This document shows positions 1-12,905 of a stretch of 64,000 nucleotides of DNA, piece after piece. Below the pieces are notes generated by a model. It made no database searches. It worked only from the letters and a program-made list of their open reading frames with translations, and had not been told where the DNA came from. The number at the start of each line of letters is the position of its first letter. Within the stretch, counting starts at the first letter, position 1. Source of the stretch: Epiperipatus broadwayi (lineage: Eukaryota; Animalia; Onychophora); assembly GCA_028023455.1 (NCBI GenBank), contig JAQFVV010000005.1, forward strand, positions 6,386,001 to 6,450,000. The letters are read 5' to 3'. The translations under genes and the position numbers were made by a program.

Positions 1-3000
1 AAATAAACACAGCATCCATGTTATGTATGTATAAGCTTGTTGAAAAGTATTTTTTATTAATAAAACAAGAGCTATTTATTATACACTATATACGTTTGAA
101 TGAGAAGGGGTTTGGAATAAAGTGTAGCATAATTCATGGTTCTACTGTATAGCCATACTCAAATAAAAACTTTTGAATAGATTTACCATTTGTTACATAT
201 TTCTCAGTTTATTCTAACAGTTCTTCGTCACTATAACATGAGAAACAACTTATATTCACATATTTTTCTATCTAATGTAATACAAAAAAAAACCATTTTA
301 TTTCTTCTTAGAAATGCACTTTTTAATTTTAATTGACAAGAACTTTTTTTTATATCTACCATATACATGTCTAAATGTAATGCATTTGAGACAATAATAG
401 TATTGTTTGCATACAAGTATATCCATAAGCAATAATTTTTAAACTATAAAAATTAAGCATTAGTTGCTTACCATAAATGTATCATAAATTCAAAAAGATT
501 GAGAGCCACGTCTTTATTCTATGTGTATACATAGCATAAACATTTTACCAAACAAATATAAAATAGTATGAGTAGTTACAGGTAATGGAAGAGTCTTATT
601 TATATTAATATCTGAATATTTCAAACAAATAAGTGATAAATATTTAAATAAATTAAAAAAAGGCAAACTAGAATGAATAAAATTCATCTATAATATAAAT
701 ACTGTTTATAACATATAGATGGATTAAGATTAATAGAAGGCAAAAAACAACAAAAATAAATATTACAATGGAAAAATAGTGTTAATAGAGATATAATATT
801 GAACAATATATACGTTTATTGATTTATTAAAGCTTAAACAATTATCAGAAAGATGAGAATTAGCATGGAAACAAGCAATGATAATTCATTTTGCAATTGT
901 GGCAATAATACAATATTAAAGATACGAGTTTAACAAAATGTTAAAAAAAGATGTACTATAAAAGGGTAATTACAATAGCTAAGTTAAAAACAGTATTAAA
1001 AAAGATTAAAGGTTATTTAGTGATCTATTTAAGTCAGATTTAAAAAGGACTTGTTAAATATGTTGCTCAAATTCTAATTTTATGTGGAGCAAAAACTTAA
1101 CAATTAGTATAAAGAAAAATAAAAGATTCAAGATTTCTGAAATGTAAAATTGGGCAACAAAAAGTTGTATTAAGCATAAGTATTAATCAATTATACTACT
1201 GAAAAAAAAAAAAAAACAAGTAAAGAGGTAAATGAATGTTTTTATAGGATGGGAATTAACATTGAAAGGAACAAAGATCATTGATTTTGTAAATACATCA
1301 ATAGTAGTAGATATTAAAAATATAAGCTTAACAAAATATTAAGTCAATTGTAAGACAAAAAAAAAAATTGCAATAGTTAAGTTGGAAAAATAGATGATAA
1401 TAATATTAAAGAAAAATTGATTATTTATCAAGAAAATACTGAAGTAAAAAATGAATTGGATAAAGTATGCATCTGATGGTAATAGAAGAATTTAACAGGA
1501 TATGTTTATAAGATTTGTAAAGATAACAGGTTAGTTAATGATTTTAAAAAAAGGGGGTGGGGATGAGGAATAGTTGTAGGTTTGAAATCCAAAATAAGCA
1601 ATAAGTTTTAGAGAAATTTTCTCAAACTGACATATAGAACTTGCCTTTTGAAAGCTAATTAAAGATTATAATAATATATTGTACACTTAAATTATATATA
1701 CCAGGGATGGCAAACTTCCCATGTCTACAAAAGCCACATGTTAAAATTGATATACATTCAAAAGCTGCAATTAAATTTTTGAATAAACAGAAGCAAATAT
1801 TTGACTTATAATTTTTTTTATTAATATAATTTAATTAGATAAAATATCAAGCGAACAAAATGAGAGCAAAATCAACAATAAATTATTAATAATGTCATTA
1901 TTTTTGATTAGCAATAACATTAAAATTTAGCATAAAATCAGTTTTACTCAATGTTTTAATATTACAAACTTTACTATTGGCATAATGGTTCACAAGAATA
2001 CAATATTATAAAAATGGAAATTAGCTTATAAAACAGCTTTTTTTAAATGAGGATACTTAGATTCTGATTCGAGTTTCTAATATTCATTCAGGGAAGTAAA
2101 TTCATTATGCATCTGCAGAACTTGATCTTCTGGCATTTCCACCAATTCTATTTCTCAGCTGCTTTGTTGGGAAGTATTATTTTGAAAATGGGAGACCCAT
2201 TTTCAATAATGTCAACAACAAAAGAATTGATGAAAATATTCAGATCTTCAATCTATTTTTAAAATCTGATATCAATCCTTCTAACATTTCTTGATATTCA
2301 TCAAATTATTCTTCATTAAGGTTAGATGATATTGTTTTCAAAAGAATAAAATAATTAAAAGTTTCATTTGGGAAAATTTAAAGTTTTTTTCTGAAAATTG
2401 AAAATAATTTGAAAGAAATCATTTATCATTTTCTCTTTTAAAATACAGTATTGATATTTTGTAAGTATTGTAAAGTATCAGTCAGGAACATCAAATTTTA
2501 TAATCAATTGTCATATTTCAATTTTGGATTTATTTATTGTTGCCTTTGAGAATTAAAATAATACATTTGAGAAACTGAACAAATCAGTTTAAAACATTGT
2601 ACATGGCTTGCATCATACAACACAATAGAAATGTACATCTTTTGGAAGTTATGTATCATTCATATCTATCTCGAAGAAAAAGCTTAAAGGAGCAATGGTT
2701 TTTGCATTAGTTCATATGTAATTTACAATATGCAACACTGGTTTCATATCACTATCATATTTTAATTTCTAGTTATGAGATGGTCAAGGTAAATTATACA
2801 ATAAAGTAATAAAAATTGTGAAATTTTAGGATCGTCTTTTAAAAGGCCAATAAGACCAGTATTTTTATCCAACACTGTAGGAGTACTATCAGTTACAATG
2901 CTGACAAGTTTATCAAGTAACAGTTCACATTTTTTTAATATTAAATAGAAATAAAACAAACTAACTCCTTCTTTTTAAAACTTGTTTTTTAAATGACTAT

Positions 3001-3020
3001 TACATGGAAAAAAAAAAAAT

Positions 3021-3058
3021 CCAACGTTTCGACTATTTTATATAGTCTTTTTCAAGGC
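3021..3058 (-). ncRNA. Putative minimal hammerhead-ribozyme variant at the PLE 3' end
   Basis: Minus strand reads cc-TTGAAAA-A-GACTA-tataaaa-TAGTC-GAAA-CGTT-gg. Stem II is a perfect 5 bp, followed by GAAA and a palindromic ACGT stem III. The core has U3/A8 in place of C3/G8. Confidence 0.5.
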
Positions 3059-4478
3059 ACACTAAAATAAAATATATATATATAACAAATAACACATATT
3101 CCATAAAAGTAAATAAATAAATAAATAAACAAAAAATTACAAAATATATTCATAACCAAAAATATACCTTATCTCACTCCCCTTTCCTATTACCAACAAA
3201 CACAACTCAAAGAGAAACAATTTCCTTTTATTAAAAATATCTTTTAAAACATTTAATTAAAAACCTATTATTTTCTTTTCTGTTTATCTATTAACATCCT
3301 ATTTAATTCTGGTTTTATTTCATTAATGTATACACTTTCTTTTATCATCCTTTCATTATATGACTTTATACATCCCAAAGGCTTTATATCAAAATCCCCA
3401 TGCTTAAATTTATTCATGTGAATGTAAACAGCAGAATTTTTATCACCTAAATGCTGTTTTAATCTAGTTTTTAATTTATTCTTACTAGTCCTAACATATG
3501 TCATTTCTACATTCTTTCTAAAACAATTCAAACATTTTATCAAATAAACTGAATTCATAATATCTAACCTATTATAGTCCCCATTATTACTAATTAAAAG
3601 ATTTAAACTAGCTTTCTTTTTATAAACTGGACAAATTGAAACATTATATTTCCTATTAATCATTTTAACTAATTTCTTAACTTTAATAAATAAATCTTTA
3701 GATATATTAAAACCAACATAAATAATCTTTTCTCTATTCCTACTCCTATCTAATCCCATTCTATTTCTTATTTTATTTATATTTTTATTAGAAAACAAAT
3801 GTTCAACTACACCCCTAGGATAATCATTCATAAAACATTCATTCCTAATAATATCAATCTCATTCCCAAACAAATTACTATTTGAACATAACTTAATTGC
3901 CCTAATAATTTTATTATTAACAATATTAATTTTACTATGATTATCAATATCTGAAAACCAATTATTTGATAATCCAAAAAATGTTTTTTTTCTAAACACA
4001 GATGTTTCTATACTAACACAATTTTTAAAAAAATTCTAACATCCATATATTCAATAACATTAATATATTCTTTTTCCATAGTAAATTTTATTGTTTCAAC
4101 TCTACCATTAATATAACTCAAAAAATTATCTGCATTTCTTTTATTACCATTGAAAACCATAAAATAGTCATCAACATATCTAACATAAAAAATTGGTTTA
4201 TTTCTATTATAATTAAAAAATTGCTCTTCAAACTTATACATATATATTCCTGCCAAAAAACCACTCAGACTATTACCCATACTTAAACCCTCTTTTTGCT
4301 TATAAAATTCACCCCCATATTTAAAAATAAGGTCCCTACAACAAATCACTAATATTTCATATAAAAGAAAACCCTCAATTTTTAATTTTACCCCTTTATC
4401 TTTATTATATAAATCCATAAAACAACAAATAGCAACAGTATTGATGTTAATGACATGAGTAGATTCTGGAATAACCAT
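3021..4478 (-). mobile_element. 5'-truncated Penelope-like retroelement (RT followed by C-terminal GIY-YIG endonuclease; frameshifted)
   Basis: ORF 4008-4478 has KQKEGLSMGNSLSGFLAGIYM and YVRYVDD. ORF 3268-3999 has VYLIKCLNC...TYVRTSKNKLKTRLKQH...ERMIKESVYINEIKPELN. A hammerhead-like motif lies in the 3' flank. Confidence 0.9.
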
Positions 4479-5539
4479 AAATTTATAATTGCTTCTTTCT
4501 CTATTGTCTATGTAGACTCATAATGAGCAAATTGGCCAGTCAAGCAATATCTTGAATATGTGTAGATTCATCAGACTTGGAATCAAAATTTGGTCTATTA
4601 AATAATGATGTTTTGTGTTTTTTGGATCTAACAATCTTATCACTTCTAGATTTATTTTAATGAATTCCCTTTCATCATATGGATATTTAGAGCATGCAAT
4701 ATCCCAACCAACCAGAAAATTGGCTTCATTACTAAAAGATGATAAGAGTGTTTGATGTTGATAAGACCAGATTTTAAAGATTGAAATTTCTCCACATGTA
4801 ATCTTGAATTGTTTGAATATGGACAGCAATGACAATGTAAGTTGCTAACTCTATAATTCACATTTGTAGTTTTGCAAAATGGTTTTCCATTATTTTCAAT
4901 GAATCTAAATTTTCCTTCCCAATTGTTTTAACATATTTATTTTCCTCCTTGTATTCTTGTTTTTTTGTTTGTTGAAACCATGATGATTACAAATGTAAAT
5001 AAAATTTTCTAAGTTTTTACATCAAAAATAAAATAAAATAAATTATATTTATTACTTGTATAAGAGTTCAATGGTATTAATTCTGTATTTTTCTGAATAT
5101 AAATTAATTACTTGTATTGCTTGATTAGAATATCTGAGGTTGATAATTGAAAGTTAAAGTAGAAAAACAACCTCAATAATGTTTGAATTAAAACTGTAAA
5201 AAAGAATAACAACACTCCATCATGTTCAAATAAAATCTGAACCAATAAGTTCAAACAATACGCTATATTTCCAGGAAATAAATTGTCACTATCCGACTTT
5301 CAAAATAAAAAGGAAATACATCAAGCTAACATAAATTATATCATGATTTTATTTCAAAGTTTCATAAGTCATACTGAAGTATCTAGAGAACTGCACATAG
5401 CTTGCTAGCAACAGTTTGGGCAGGATGATATATACGCATAATTATTTAGATGCTGCTTAAAGTAATAACATATTAAGAACAATTTTGAGTTGTGCATTGT
5501 CTGCAAATAATTCTATACTATTTCTATAAATTATTTATA

Positions 5540-5885
5540 ATATTTAAACAGCATTAAACTGTTGCACATGCACTTTGGATTTTAAATATAAAAAGAATGA
5601 ATACTAACACTTCAACCACATGATAAAGTCTTTGGAAAAGATTGCACATGTGCTTTGGATTTTAAATATAAAATGAATGAATACTAATACTTCAACCACA
5701 TGATAAAGTCTTTGGAAAAGATTGGCCATTCTATCTTTTCCAAAGACTTTATCATGTGGTTGAAGTGTTAGTATTCATTCATTTTTATATTTAAAATCCA
5801 AAGCGCATGTGCAACAGTTTAATGTTATTTAAATATTATAGTTTATAAAAAACATTGCGCTATATAAAATAATTGACTTATTTAC
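5540..5885 (+). mobile_element. Fold-back (hairpin) non-coding retroposon, family H1 copy 1
   Basis: Palindrome centred on GGCC (5724-5727). The left arm has an 80-bp tandem duplication (5562-5641/5642-5721). A ~45-bp one-sided tail (5841-5885) and a 14-bp TSD ATAAATTATTTATA (5526-5539, 5886-5899). Homologous to 41599-41865. Confidence 0.8.
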
Positions 5886-7362
5886 ATAAATTATTTATAT
5901 AAAAGTAACCATTTATCTTGCTGATTATCAATTGCTTTCTAACAAATCCTACCATTGAATTTCAACATTGTACAGAATCATAAATTAATAAAAATATCAG
6001 ATTAATGAAAAGTATCTTTATTCCACTTGTTCTGTTTAAATAATCAAGAGACTTATTAAATTCCTATCTATTATTGTCTTGTTGGCATTAGCCTTTTATC
6101 AATGAGAAGTTGGAACCTGGTTGTTAGATATTGTGATCAAATATATTTTTAATCCAGCAGCCACTTCTTATAATTTTTTGTAATATCAATCAAGTTACCA
6201 TCCTGAAATTCAAAAAATTAATACTTTGAAACCAAGTTAATTTGTTTGAATAATAATTCACTATCTATTTTGGTTATCACAATTTTTTAATAATTGTAGT
6301 TAGTCTATCCCTTAATCAGATTAATATTTAAAATATCACCTTAGCTCTTGCAATGCATATAAGCTGAGGTCACATAATTTTTATTTCATTTGAATAAAGG
6401 GCATCATGTGACGAGATATTAAAGTCCGGCACACAAAATTGTAATTATTGTATATATTATATTGTAAATACGTATATCCATTGCACATGTATTTTTCTCT
6501 ATCTGACTCGAGTTGAATAATCTAGCTTTAATATCTAGTATCTACAAATGAAAGATGTTGCACATTGATAAATCTAAAACAAGAGAATCAATCATAAATT
6601 TTTTTTTCCAGTTATATTACACCGTTATCATTTCATTAATGGCCACAACGTCTTTATTTAAATTAATAATTCAGTATTATATAATCAATTAGTTTTAAAT
6701 TGACTTTTCAGAAACAGGATTAATGGTTTAAAATACTTTTAAAGCAAAAGTCTACTATCTAAATTGATATAACACTTATACAGATTTTTCAAGCGCTACT
6801 GAAACTATTAATTATTAAAGTACCACATGGAAGTGAACAAAATATAATAGCTCATTTAATAATATTACAAAATGTTTATATATTAATGCGTTTTTAATTT
6901 AATTAATTAAAGCCTCATTTCAGTAAAAACGTTAACTATTATTGTCTCAACATTACGACATATATTATATTAATTTACAAATTACACAATTAAATAAAAA
7001 CATAAGGCATATTTATATAATGCAGAATAATAGAAACTTACCGATATATATATTTAATAAAATAAGTCTAATGTTATTTAGTATTAAAATGGTCAATAAA
7101 TGTTTTTAAAGTGTATTATTCTGGTAGAGGTCGCTATCTAAACTAATTTAAACATTTAACAATTTCGAAGTAATATTTTTGCCGTTACGGTACCTAAAAT
7201 TTTCAGGTAAGGTTTTTCTACTAAGTTAAAGAACTATGTTTTTTTTTAAAAAAAAATGTATCTTCATAAATAAGATTAATGTATGTGTTTTATTGTGTTA
7301 CATAAAGACAAAGTATTCTGGATTAAATTTTAGAAATCAGTTTGTATTTAGACTTTTTTATT

Positions 7363-7504
7363 ACTAGCTGATCCGAGACTTCGATCGCATTTATAGTAAA
7401 TTACCAAATTATTTAAAACAATTTTGTACCATAAAACAAAATATTGCACCAATTTTCATGAATAAGTAATAAACCAACTTTCAAATTTATCTATATACTA
7501 GATT
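7363..7504 (+). mobile_element. Short non-autonomous Helitron-like (Lep1/HINE-type) element
   Basis: Starts ACTAGCTGATCCGAGACTTCGATCGC and ends ACTTTCAAATTTATCTATATACTAGAT. Both resemble the termini I recall for insect Lep1-type non-autonomous Helitrons; recognised by eye only. Confidence 0.45.
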
Positions 7505-7905
7505 AAGAATAAACGATGAAGACATAATATTCCTGAATTCTTTGTTTTAGAGCTCTAATATTTATCCTGGTTGACTGCAAATCTTAAAAGAATATAAGAT
7601 AATGTAGTTGATAATTAAAATATATTTAATTAATATTTACATGAAATAACAATATATGATTTATCAACAGTTAAAAATGAATTGCAACGCATTTTTATAA
7701 ACCATGTATGTCAAAATTCTCTTAAATTGAATAGTTTAAATTTTAACATTCTTTATGAAATAAATAAATTAAATTTCATTTGTATATATGTTGAAGTAAA
7801 AGTTTTCATGAGCGAAATAAATATTAAAAATTAATAATAACTTTTGGAAACAATAGTACAGAATATTGAAATAAATACTTTAATATTTTACCTCATAGTC
7901 TAGAA

Positions 7906-10434
7906 CAGCCATGCTCAACCTTTTTCTCCCGAGCCATATACATTTGTTTGCTACATCAAATGGGTCGCAACATATATCAACGGTGGGCAACCGGTTGGTG
8001 TCATGTGAAAACATTCCTTTATTTCTAAATTCGTGTGTCATTAAGTTATAGACCATGTACTATATCTTGTTATTAAAATTTCTTTCCACTTCTCTTTATT
8101 TGCATTGATAAATTATATATATATAGTATACCATACACTCCTCAATAAACACTTTACAATGCAATTTTAACGTATGATTTATTTCTTCTTGCTTACAATT
8201 AAGAAATGGTGTACTTGTAATGAAGTTTAAAGAGATCTGATAATGGTCGCAGGGCAGTTGAAACTGTAAGCAAGAGGAAATAAATCGTGTTAGAATTGCA
8301 TTGTAAAATGTTTATTGAGGAGTGTATGGTATAATATATATCTTGTTATTAACCAGTTAATAAAACAAAAATCCTTACTTGATCCAAAAATTTATTTAAA
8401 TATTAATGTGATTTTTACTATTGAGACAATTTTTTAACAATTTTAGATAAATCAGAATTTATACTCTTAAAATATCAAGATGTGAATCATCCTGATAGTG
8501 TTCTTGCATATTTCATTTTCGAATAAGGTGATTCATAAAGATACATCGATGCCATTTGAACATACTTTTTGACAGTTTTATGTTTTTCAGGCACTCTAAT
8601 TTCCAAAATTCCATAATTCCTTTTTCATTACAAATGACCTCCAAATCCAAGCCATTTTTAAATTCAACAAATTTGTCAAATAGTCTAACATAATCATGTC
8701 CAAATGCAAGTAATTGTGTAATAGTTATTTCTAAGTGCCAGGGATTTTCTATAAATAAGAGAATTCTTAATATTTTTTAAATCTTGAAATTTACTTTTAA
8801 ATTTTTTCAATAAGGCAGCTAGCTAAATGATTTGAAATGATGGCATAGGTTTCTGAAGAAATGTCAATATCATCTTGCTTAGCTTTTGTTAAGGTTGGGA
8901 AATGATTTAGTATTTGGGTTTGTATATCTTAGTAATAAATGTTTAGTTTTTCTTCAAACACAAATAGTTTATTTGCCATTTGTGATATAATTTTGCTTTT
9001 GCCTTGTAAACTGATATTAAAATCACAAAGCTTTTCTGTGATGTCACATAAAAAAAGCTAAAAGATAGCACTATTTATCACTGTCAAGCTTATTATAAAC
9101 TATATAGTTTTCTTGTAAGAATGAAATAACTTCATGCTGTAATGAAAAAAAGCAATCTAAAACTTTATTTCTGTTTAATCATCATACCGAAGTAGGCAAA
9201 AATATGTTGTATAATTACTATTTTTTCCCCCAAAAGATTTTTAAATTTTCTGTTGTTCAATTCTCAGACCCAAATTATAATTCACAATGTTTATGACACA
9301 TTTCATCATAGCATCTCCTTTTTTTATGGATATATGTGCTCCCAAGTTTTCTTGATGAATTAAACAGTGAAATGATGAGATTTGTTAAATTGTATTTCTT
9401 TTTTAACAGAGAAACAAATCCTTTTTCAGATCCAATCATTGAAGCACATCTGTCACTGTGCATGTAAATCGATTTTTTTTATTTTAGCATTATTCTACTG
9501 CTCATTTGATCTTTCGTAGGAAGAAATTTTCATGAATTGAATTCTGTTCAGTACAATATCTGATGAAAATGGCACATTATGATGGTGCTAGAATATGTAA
9601 AAAAAATTTATATGATGCTCATGTTACCACTGCTTCTTGTGAGATTGCCACCGATATGCAACTTTGTTATTGTAATAATGATTTCTTGAAGAAAGCTAAT
9701 TTTTCACTTCATACTAAAGACCCAAGAAAAAAAGTGACATTAAATAATTCATGTTTTGTGGTTTAATGATAATTAATGTTATATTTTTTTTATAGTGATA
9801 CTTTCTCGACAAATCAAATCCATTGCTGAACCTTTTTATTTAATACAACAAAATATTCCTCTTTCTAGTTATCTTGAAACACTCTTATTTTCATCAGATA
9901 TTTTCAGTTTGTTGTTTGAAGATGTCATTATGGATGTTTAAATTATAGTTTGTTATAAAATAGTACATTACAAAAGAACTACAAGTTTTTCAAATCACTT
10001 ATGATAAACATCATATCTCAATTTGCTTTCAAATAATGGACTAGTCCAGATTTTATCTTATAAACATATTTTATGTTTATATTAATTCATGTACAAAACA
10101 AAACAGGTTGGTGTAGTTGATAAGACATTGACAACTAACATTATTAGTGCATCAGTAAAAAACAACTCAATCATTATTGGTTACTAATTAATAATAAAGT
10201 CAGGTTCTTTTCTCGTGATTGCTTAGATTTGTGAAATTGAAGAACTAACAGTTAACATTATAAGTCGTCAATAAAAAAAAGTCAATCATGAGTGCTTACT
10301 CATTAGTTAAGAAGAGTTGAAAAATTTTTTTTTCTCCCATTTCAGAAAGAAAGGTAAGTGATATCCACTTCTCATTCATCATTCAATTATTGGACCACAT
10401 GTAAGGTTGGCAGACTGCAGGTTGATTATGGCTG
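7906..10434 (-). mobile_element. Decayed full-length hAT (Charlie/Buster-like) DNA transposon
   Basis: TIRs CAGCCATGCTCAACCT / AGGTTGATTATGGCTG (14/16). TSD GTCTAGAA (7898-7905) / GTCTAGTA (10435-10442) fits the NTCTAGAN Charlie target. Minus-strand remnants: KEEYFVVL...KYNINYH..TKH (~9740-9860), DRCASMIGSEKGFVSLLKK (9275-9463), SMYLYESPYSKMKY (~8500-8555). Confidence 0.85.
8077..8336. mobile_element. Fold-back hairpin insertion nested in the hAT element
   Basis: Inverted arms at 8127-8200 and 8262-8333, a 50-bp one-sided tail (8077-8126), and a 16-bp TSD TATATCTTGTTATTAA (8061-8076, 8337-8352). Confidence 0.8.
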
Positions 10435-11639
10435 GTCTAGTAGATCAGAACTGGCATAGATAGACCTCAAAGAAATATGAATTAATAACAGCAGTGAAAA
10501 TAACTATTATAATGCACTTTTTGTAATGTTGAGGATCAATTTTACCCGCTGTTGATAACTCATGTATTATTATTTTATGTAAATATTCTTTAAATATATT
10601 TTAATTATCTACTACATAACATTCTTTTATGTTATTAATTAATGTTAGCAAAACTACAGGTACAGCTAGTGAAATAATTATAGGACAAGTATAATGATCT
10701 ACAACATTATTTATAAAAATGTGTTACTGTAGTCCTATGCAATTTCTACACATTGGCGGAAGATAAATTATTAAATGTATAAAATCTGAAGCAGGTATAC
10801 TATTTAACTCCAGCTGTTTCTTAACTATTATTATTATTTCATATAAATATTATTTAAATATATTTGAATTACTGACTACAATATTTTTGTTTGTTTGGAA
10901 ATAAATAAAATTTCATTTGTACCATACGTGCATGTTAAAATTTTTGAGCTATTTTAAAACTTAATCATGTGAGCAATCTTTGAGTTATAGCAAAAAATAT
11001 AACTTTTTATTGTGAAATTTTAACATATTGTATTTTTTTCACACTGCAAGTGAGAAATTAATACATGGTCACAAACCACATTACCAGTGCTGCTCTCTTC
11101 TTTCATTTTTATGATATCATTGCAAATTATTAACATTTTTAAAACAAGTGCTATAAAATAAAAATTCTTAGCCTATAATATTCTCCACAAAAAAAGAAAG
11201 AAAATCATGCAAGATTCATCAGATTTGGTGCAATATTTGTTGAAATTATGAAATAGCAAATAAATAAACAATTAGAATCAGCAGTTTCCTTTAAGTATAC
11301 TATTGTATACATATTAACACTAATATAAATAAAATGTCCATTAATTAAAACAAAATTGTAATTATAATAAAAGTAATAAATTTAACTGTAATAAACTATT
11401 ATAAACAATCCTTAAATTCGGCAGAAGTACTTTTGGTTAATTTCTTAAACCTGCCTCAACTGCCATTAAATTAAAAAAACAAAGCAGAAGCAAACGTCAT
11501 CAATTCAAATCCCACAAATCTCGTATTTTAATGTTAGCAGCTTGTCTATTTATTAAATGCACTTTATTCCTATTTATAAAAATTGCCTCCTTAATTTTTC
11601 TTTTATTATGGTGTCTCTTTTCATGAAGAATTTTCACAT

Positions 11640-12730
11640 TTTCAAAATCAAATTTAAACTTATATTTACATGTTTTTTCATGATCAAAGAAATCACCATT
11701 ATTTTTACTTTTTTTACACTCATATAATAATTCATGTTCCCTCAGTCTCTTCTCAATACTGCACCTAGATTCACCTATCTATGATAGCATATAATCACAA
11801 AAAATTTGATATATGGCATTACTTTTCTGCTTGACAGGTATGACATCCTTAGAATTATTGACTAATTTATTAATATTGTTTGGAACGTAGAATGAAACAT
11901 TAAACACATTCCTATATATATATCTTTAAAAAATTTCACTTGTGGATTTGAAATAAATGGAATAGATATCCCTTGTTTACTATTAATCTTCATTTTCTTT
12001 AAACCATTATAACTTTTTTTAAATTGACATAAAGTATTGCTTATTTGTTCCATTTTATAACCAACATCAAGCAAATCCTTGGCAAATATCTCTATTTTTC
12101 AATTTATCACTTTGGTAACAATATAATTTTTTCATTACTAAACAAACAAGATCTAAAACTTGCCATCTTATGCATAATTGGTACTTTTGATCTACAATTT
12201 ATATATCCCCTTTTTTGCAGTGGCTTAATTATTAATTTATAATTTAATATATTGTTATCTCTTGAAATAATTAAATCTAAATATTTAATATTTTTGTTCT
12301 GTTCCTTTTCAATAGTCCATTTCAAGCCATTCAACTTATTTAATTTCTCTACTAGCAAATTTATAGTATTAGTATTTCCACAAACAAAAACATCATCCAC
12401 ATATCTTTTGTAAATTTTAATATCTACAAAAGTACACATATTTAAAATACTATTCTCATATGTAGATTAAACAAAATTGCAAACTTGTGCAACTATAGGC
12501 AGACTCATAGGCCAACCTTTAGACATTTTATAATATTGACCTTCAAAAGATGCAACAATGTTATCATTAAAATTTTTTAAAGAATCAATAATAAACTTTA
12601 TCATATATTTACAAATACTTTTACTTTTTAGTGTATTTTCAATTATTTTTATGGAATTCATTCTGTCAATAGATCTATACATTTCTGTTACATCCAATGA
12701 AGCAATAACATCATTCTCATCAATCACCAA
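11640..12730 (-). pseudogene. PLE reverse transcriptase/GIY-YIG remnant, left arm (ORF pieces 12467-12730, 12107-12439, 11862-12074)
   Basis: IASLDVTEMYRSI, SKGWPMSLPIVAQVCNF and YKRYVDDVF mirror the right arm and carry independent lesions. Confidence 0.9.
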
Positions 12731-12905
12731 ATTTTTAATACTATTTACAAAATCAAATGATGAAGCAATAGTGTAATATTAAAAATTTGATGATTGATAA
12801 GAATGATATTATTGCTTCATTGGATGTAACAGAAATGTATGGATCTATTGACAGAATGAATTCCATAAAAATAATTGAACATACACGAAAAGTATTTGTA
12901 AATAT

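Larger units (their letters stand above)
2030..5000 (-). pseudogene. hAT/GTF2IRD2-like transposase remnants (pieces at 4518-4835, 2762-2959 and ~2030-2160), split by the PLE insertion
   Basis: EANFLVGWDIACSKYPYDEREFIK resembles the ASxxVAxxIAKxKKPFxDGEFIK motif. KLVSIVTDSTPTVLDKNTGLIGLL...YCII resembles LVSxTTDGAPxMxG...HCII. Stops and frameshifts are present. Confidence 0.75.
1702..5427 (-). mobile_element. Decayed hAT (Charlie/Buster/SPIN-like) DNA transposon, interrupted by a Penelope-like element
   Basis: Left end CAGGGATGGCAAACT (1702). Right end AGTTTGGGCAGGATG (5413-5427) is a degenerate TIR after a CpG-decayed hAT subterminal motif. Exact 8-bp TSD ATATATAC at 1694-1701 and 5428-5435. 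Transposase remnants lie inside on the minus strand. Confidence 0.8.

Noticed and set aside
7200-7212. TTTCAG|GTAAGG as a recursive splice site or first-exon donor
   Set aside because: This short motif is expected by chance, and no gene model supports it.
9520-9940. Plus-strand exon-like frames, including ORF 9563-9766
   Set aside because: The opposite strand encodes the decayed N-terminus of the hAT transposase.
10346-10353. Apparent 8-nt micro-exon (TTTCAG|AAAGAAAG|GTAAGT)
   Set aside because: It lies inside the hAT element, antisense to its transposase. It is not a multiple of 3 and has no host gene context.
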